64,000 nucleotides of DNA, from positions 2,928 to 66,927 of the forward strand of contig JAYRRZ010000060.1 in assembly GCA_041909865.1 (NCBI GenBank). Direction: 5' to 3'. The notes beneath the pieces were generated by a model. The model made no database searches, had not been told where the DNA came from, and saw only the letters and a list, made by a program, of their open reading frames with translations. Position 1 is the stretch's first letter, and each line of letters begins with the position of its first letter. Both the position numbers and the translations under genes were made by a program. This DNA is from Candidatus Altimarinota bacterium. Lineage in GTDB: Bacteria > Patescibacteriota > Gracilibacteria > BD1-5 > UBA2023. Below, piece after piece: positions 62,243 to 64,000 of the stretch.

Positions 62243-63193
62243 ATGCAAAACGTGGCAAAACTTACGAATGAGATTCTTTCTGATATCACTGTATACATGA
62301 AATATGCTCGGTATATTCCAGAGATTCAGCGTCGTGAAACTTGGGAAGAATTGTGTGAGCGGAATATGGCTATGCACATTCGTAAATACCCTGAAATTCG
62401 TGAAGAGATTAAACGGGTCTATCGCGAGTATGTAATCCCAAAGAAAGTGTTACCGAGTATGCGTAGTTTGCAGTTTGCTGGTAAGCCAATTGAAACTGCA
62501 CCAAACAGAATTTTTAATTGCTGCTTCCTCCCGGTGGATAGTGTTCATGCTTTTGCTGAAACAATGTTTCTGCTGTTAGGTGGGACAGGAGTTGGGTATT
62601 CAGTGCAGCGGCATCATGTAGAGAAGTTGCCGATTATTAAAGGCACTCTGAAATCAAACCGACGCTTCTTAGTGGCTGATAACATCGAAGGTTGGAGCGA
62701 AACAATCAGAATTTTGCTGGAATCCTATTTTCATGGGAAGAGTAATCCGGTTTTTGATTATCGCGATATCCGACCTAAAGGAGCAGCATTGATTACTTCT
62801 GGTGGGAAAGCTCCGGGGCCGCAACCTTTGAAGGATGCCGTCCACAATATTCGTAAAGTATTGGACACCAAGGAGCCGGGTAGTAAACTTACTACGCTAG
62901 AGGCACATGACATCATGTGTTATATTGCGGATGCTGTCCTTGCTGGAGGTATTCGTCGCGCAGCATTGATTTGTTTGTTCAGCATGGACGACAATGAAAT
63001 GTTAACGAGTAAATACGGAAGTTGGTGGGAACTAAACCCTCAACGAGGACGAGCAAACAACAGTGCAGTTATCTTGCGACACAAAGTAACTGAGGAGGAC
63101 TTTAAGGAATTATGGGGAAAGGTAGTTAACTCCGGGAGCGGAGAACCCGGTGTATATTTTTCCAATGATAAAGATTGGGGTACAAACCCGTGC
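62243..63193 (+). CDS. nrdJ: class II (adenosylcobalamin-dependent) ribonucleotide reductase NrdJ, exon 1
   Basis: SD AAGGAG; VLPSMRSLQFAG, GGTGVGYS, ADNIEGW, RPKGAALITSGGKAPGPQPL, AGGIRRAA, GEPGVYF, and ends at active-site TNPC; exact splice point +/- a few nt. Confidence 0.8.
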
Positions 63194-64000
63194 TGTTTGG
63201 TAGACCTTGCAGCCTAATAGAGTGATCTGTTAGTAAAATCTATGCGAACTGCTGGAAACCTGTTAAAATACTTGAGCTACAACGTACTTGGAAACGAGAA
63301 GCGTGAATGCTAAAAATCAAGTGTGTTGGGCAATCAGCATCCGAGCCTCTAAGTGAAAATAAGAGGAAGGTTCACAGACTAAATGTGCATAGCACTTTGT
63401 ATGATGAGGAATGATTAATGATTGAAGATTTCAAGAAAATTGTAGAGGAAGGGATTGCTTCCAAAGATGTAAATGTTTTCGGAAAAGAAGCATTGTTACT
63501 GTCGAAGAAGTATGGAGTATGCGAGAAAACAGTATATAACCGTTTCAAAAGTATGTTTGGCACAGACCCCCGTTCGTACATCAGTGATCGAATTATGCCA
63601 ACATACGAACAAGCTGCGAGTCTTATTCTTTGTACAGACTCAACAGAGGAGTTTCAACAAAAACTTGGATTGTCAGGTAGAGCTTTCCGTGGTTTTTATG
63701 ATAAATATTTTGGTGTGTCTACTCATCAAAAGGCAAAAGTGAAACTTCTTTTTGAGAAGCAGCCTGTTAAGTATGAGCCAAATATTTTTGATAATTACTC
63801 TCTGCTGGCATCCCAGATTTTAGGGGACGGTTATTATAATGTTAAGCGACACTCCCTGCGAGTATCACACGGTATCAAGCAAGCAGAATATTTAAAATGG
63901 AAAGTGTCCTTGATAAACAAAGCGTACCCCAATACCTCACCAGAGGTGGTTATCCGGGAACATGCTCAAGGACATCAGTATGCAGATTGGTACAGCCGAA
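63194..64000 (+). mobile_element. group I intron (partial, runs off window) with LAGLIDADG ORF, in nrdJ after TNPC
   Basis: the frame hits TAATAG 8 codons after TNPC instead of the conserved GEI; 220 nt of structured non-coding RNA (..CTGCTGGAAACC.., ..ATCCGAGCCTCTAAG..) precede an endonuclease ORF. Confidence 0.65.
63418..64000 (+). CDS. intron-encoded LAGLIDADG homing endonuclease (3' partial)
   Basis: open frame from ATG 63418 to the window end; NYSLLASQILGDGYY = LAGLIDADG motif; N-terminal HTH-like GVCEKTVYNRFK. Confidence 0.65.
   Translation, partial: MIEDFKKIVEEGIASKDVNVFGKEALLLSKKYGVCEKTVYNRFKSMFGTDPRSYISDRIMPTYEQAASLILCTDSTEEFQQKLGLSGRAFRGFYDKYFGVSTHQKAKVKLLFEKQPVKYEPNIFDNYSLLASQILGDGYYNVKRHSLRVSHGIKQAEYLKWKVSLINKAYPNTSPEVVIREHAQGHQYADWYSR

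Noticed and set aside
63191-63217. Intein beginning at CLVDLAA after TNPC in NrdJ
   Set aside because: The frame stops after 7 codons (TAATAG), and the endonuclease ORF starts 200 nt later with its own ATG. This fits an intron better, although a sequencing error cannot be excluded.

Overview
This window is a contiguous stretch of a tailed dsDNA phage genome, about 40% G+C by eye. No database search was run. All functional calls rest on motifs I recognise from memory plus gene context.

Layout:
- 1-16.9 kb, minus strand: late morphogenesis operon. In transcription order it reads tail fibres, an LapG-like protease, large terminase, portal, prohead protease, scaffold, decoration protein, major capsid protein, neck proteins and a DUF3383 sheath-like tail protein.
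- 16.9-17.7 kb: an ORF-free promoter-driven leader that carries a tRNA-like element.
- 17.7-20.2 kb, minus strand: small genes including an Rz/Rz1-type spanin pair, which implies a Gram-negative host.
- 20.2-20.7 kb: a divergent control region.
- 20.7-32.3 kb, plus strand: early genes. These include a P-loop NTPase, a Dam-type and a beta-class DNA methyltransferase, PhoH, a ClpP-like protease and a frameshifted DprA/SLOG-like gene.
- 32.3-33.4 kb: an ORF-free convergent gap packed with short perfect hairpins and iterons.
- 33.4-39.7 kb, minus strand: an accessory island of about 20 tiny genes including an ArdA-like antirestriction protein. It is organised in cassettes headed by repeated non-coding motifs.
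- 40.0-40.8 kb: a second control region with palindromes shared with the 20.3 kb region and a triple operator array.
- 40.8-64 kb, plus strand: a T7-like replication and nucleotide metabolism module. It contains RHH and wHTH regulators, gp4-like primase-helicase, family A DNA polymerase, gp6-like exonuclease, a putative SSB, a DEDD exonuclease, dUTPase, ThyX and class II RNR NrdJ.

The genome is heavily colonised by selfish elements:
- three group I introns, in portal, TerL and nrdJ
- two inteins, in the TerL P-loop and in the ThyX RHR/SxRY motif
- free-standing GIY-YIG and HNH homing endonucleases

Best candidates for something undescribed:
1. the roughly 1 kb hairpin array, together with the motif vocabulary it shares with two other control regions
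2. the cassette-structured small-gene island around ArdA, bracketed by 61-bp direct repeats
3. a roughly 2.6 kb high-GC mosaic patch carrying receptor-binding fibre domains and a LapG/BTLCP-like cysteine protease with an intact catalytic triad
4. the tRNA-like element inside a 700-nt late leader

No CRISPR array and no canonical tRNA or rRNA gene was found.
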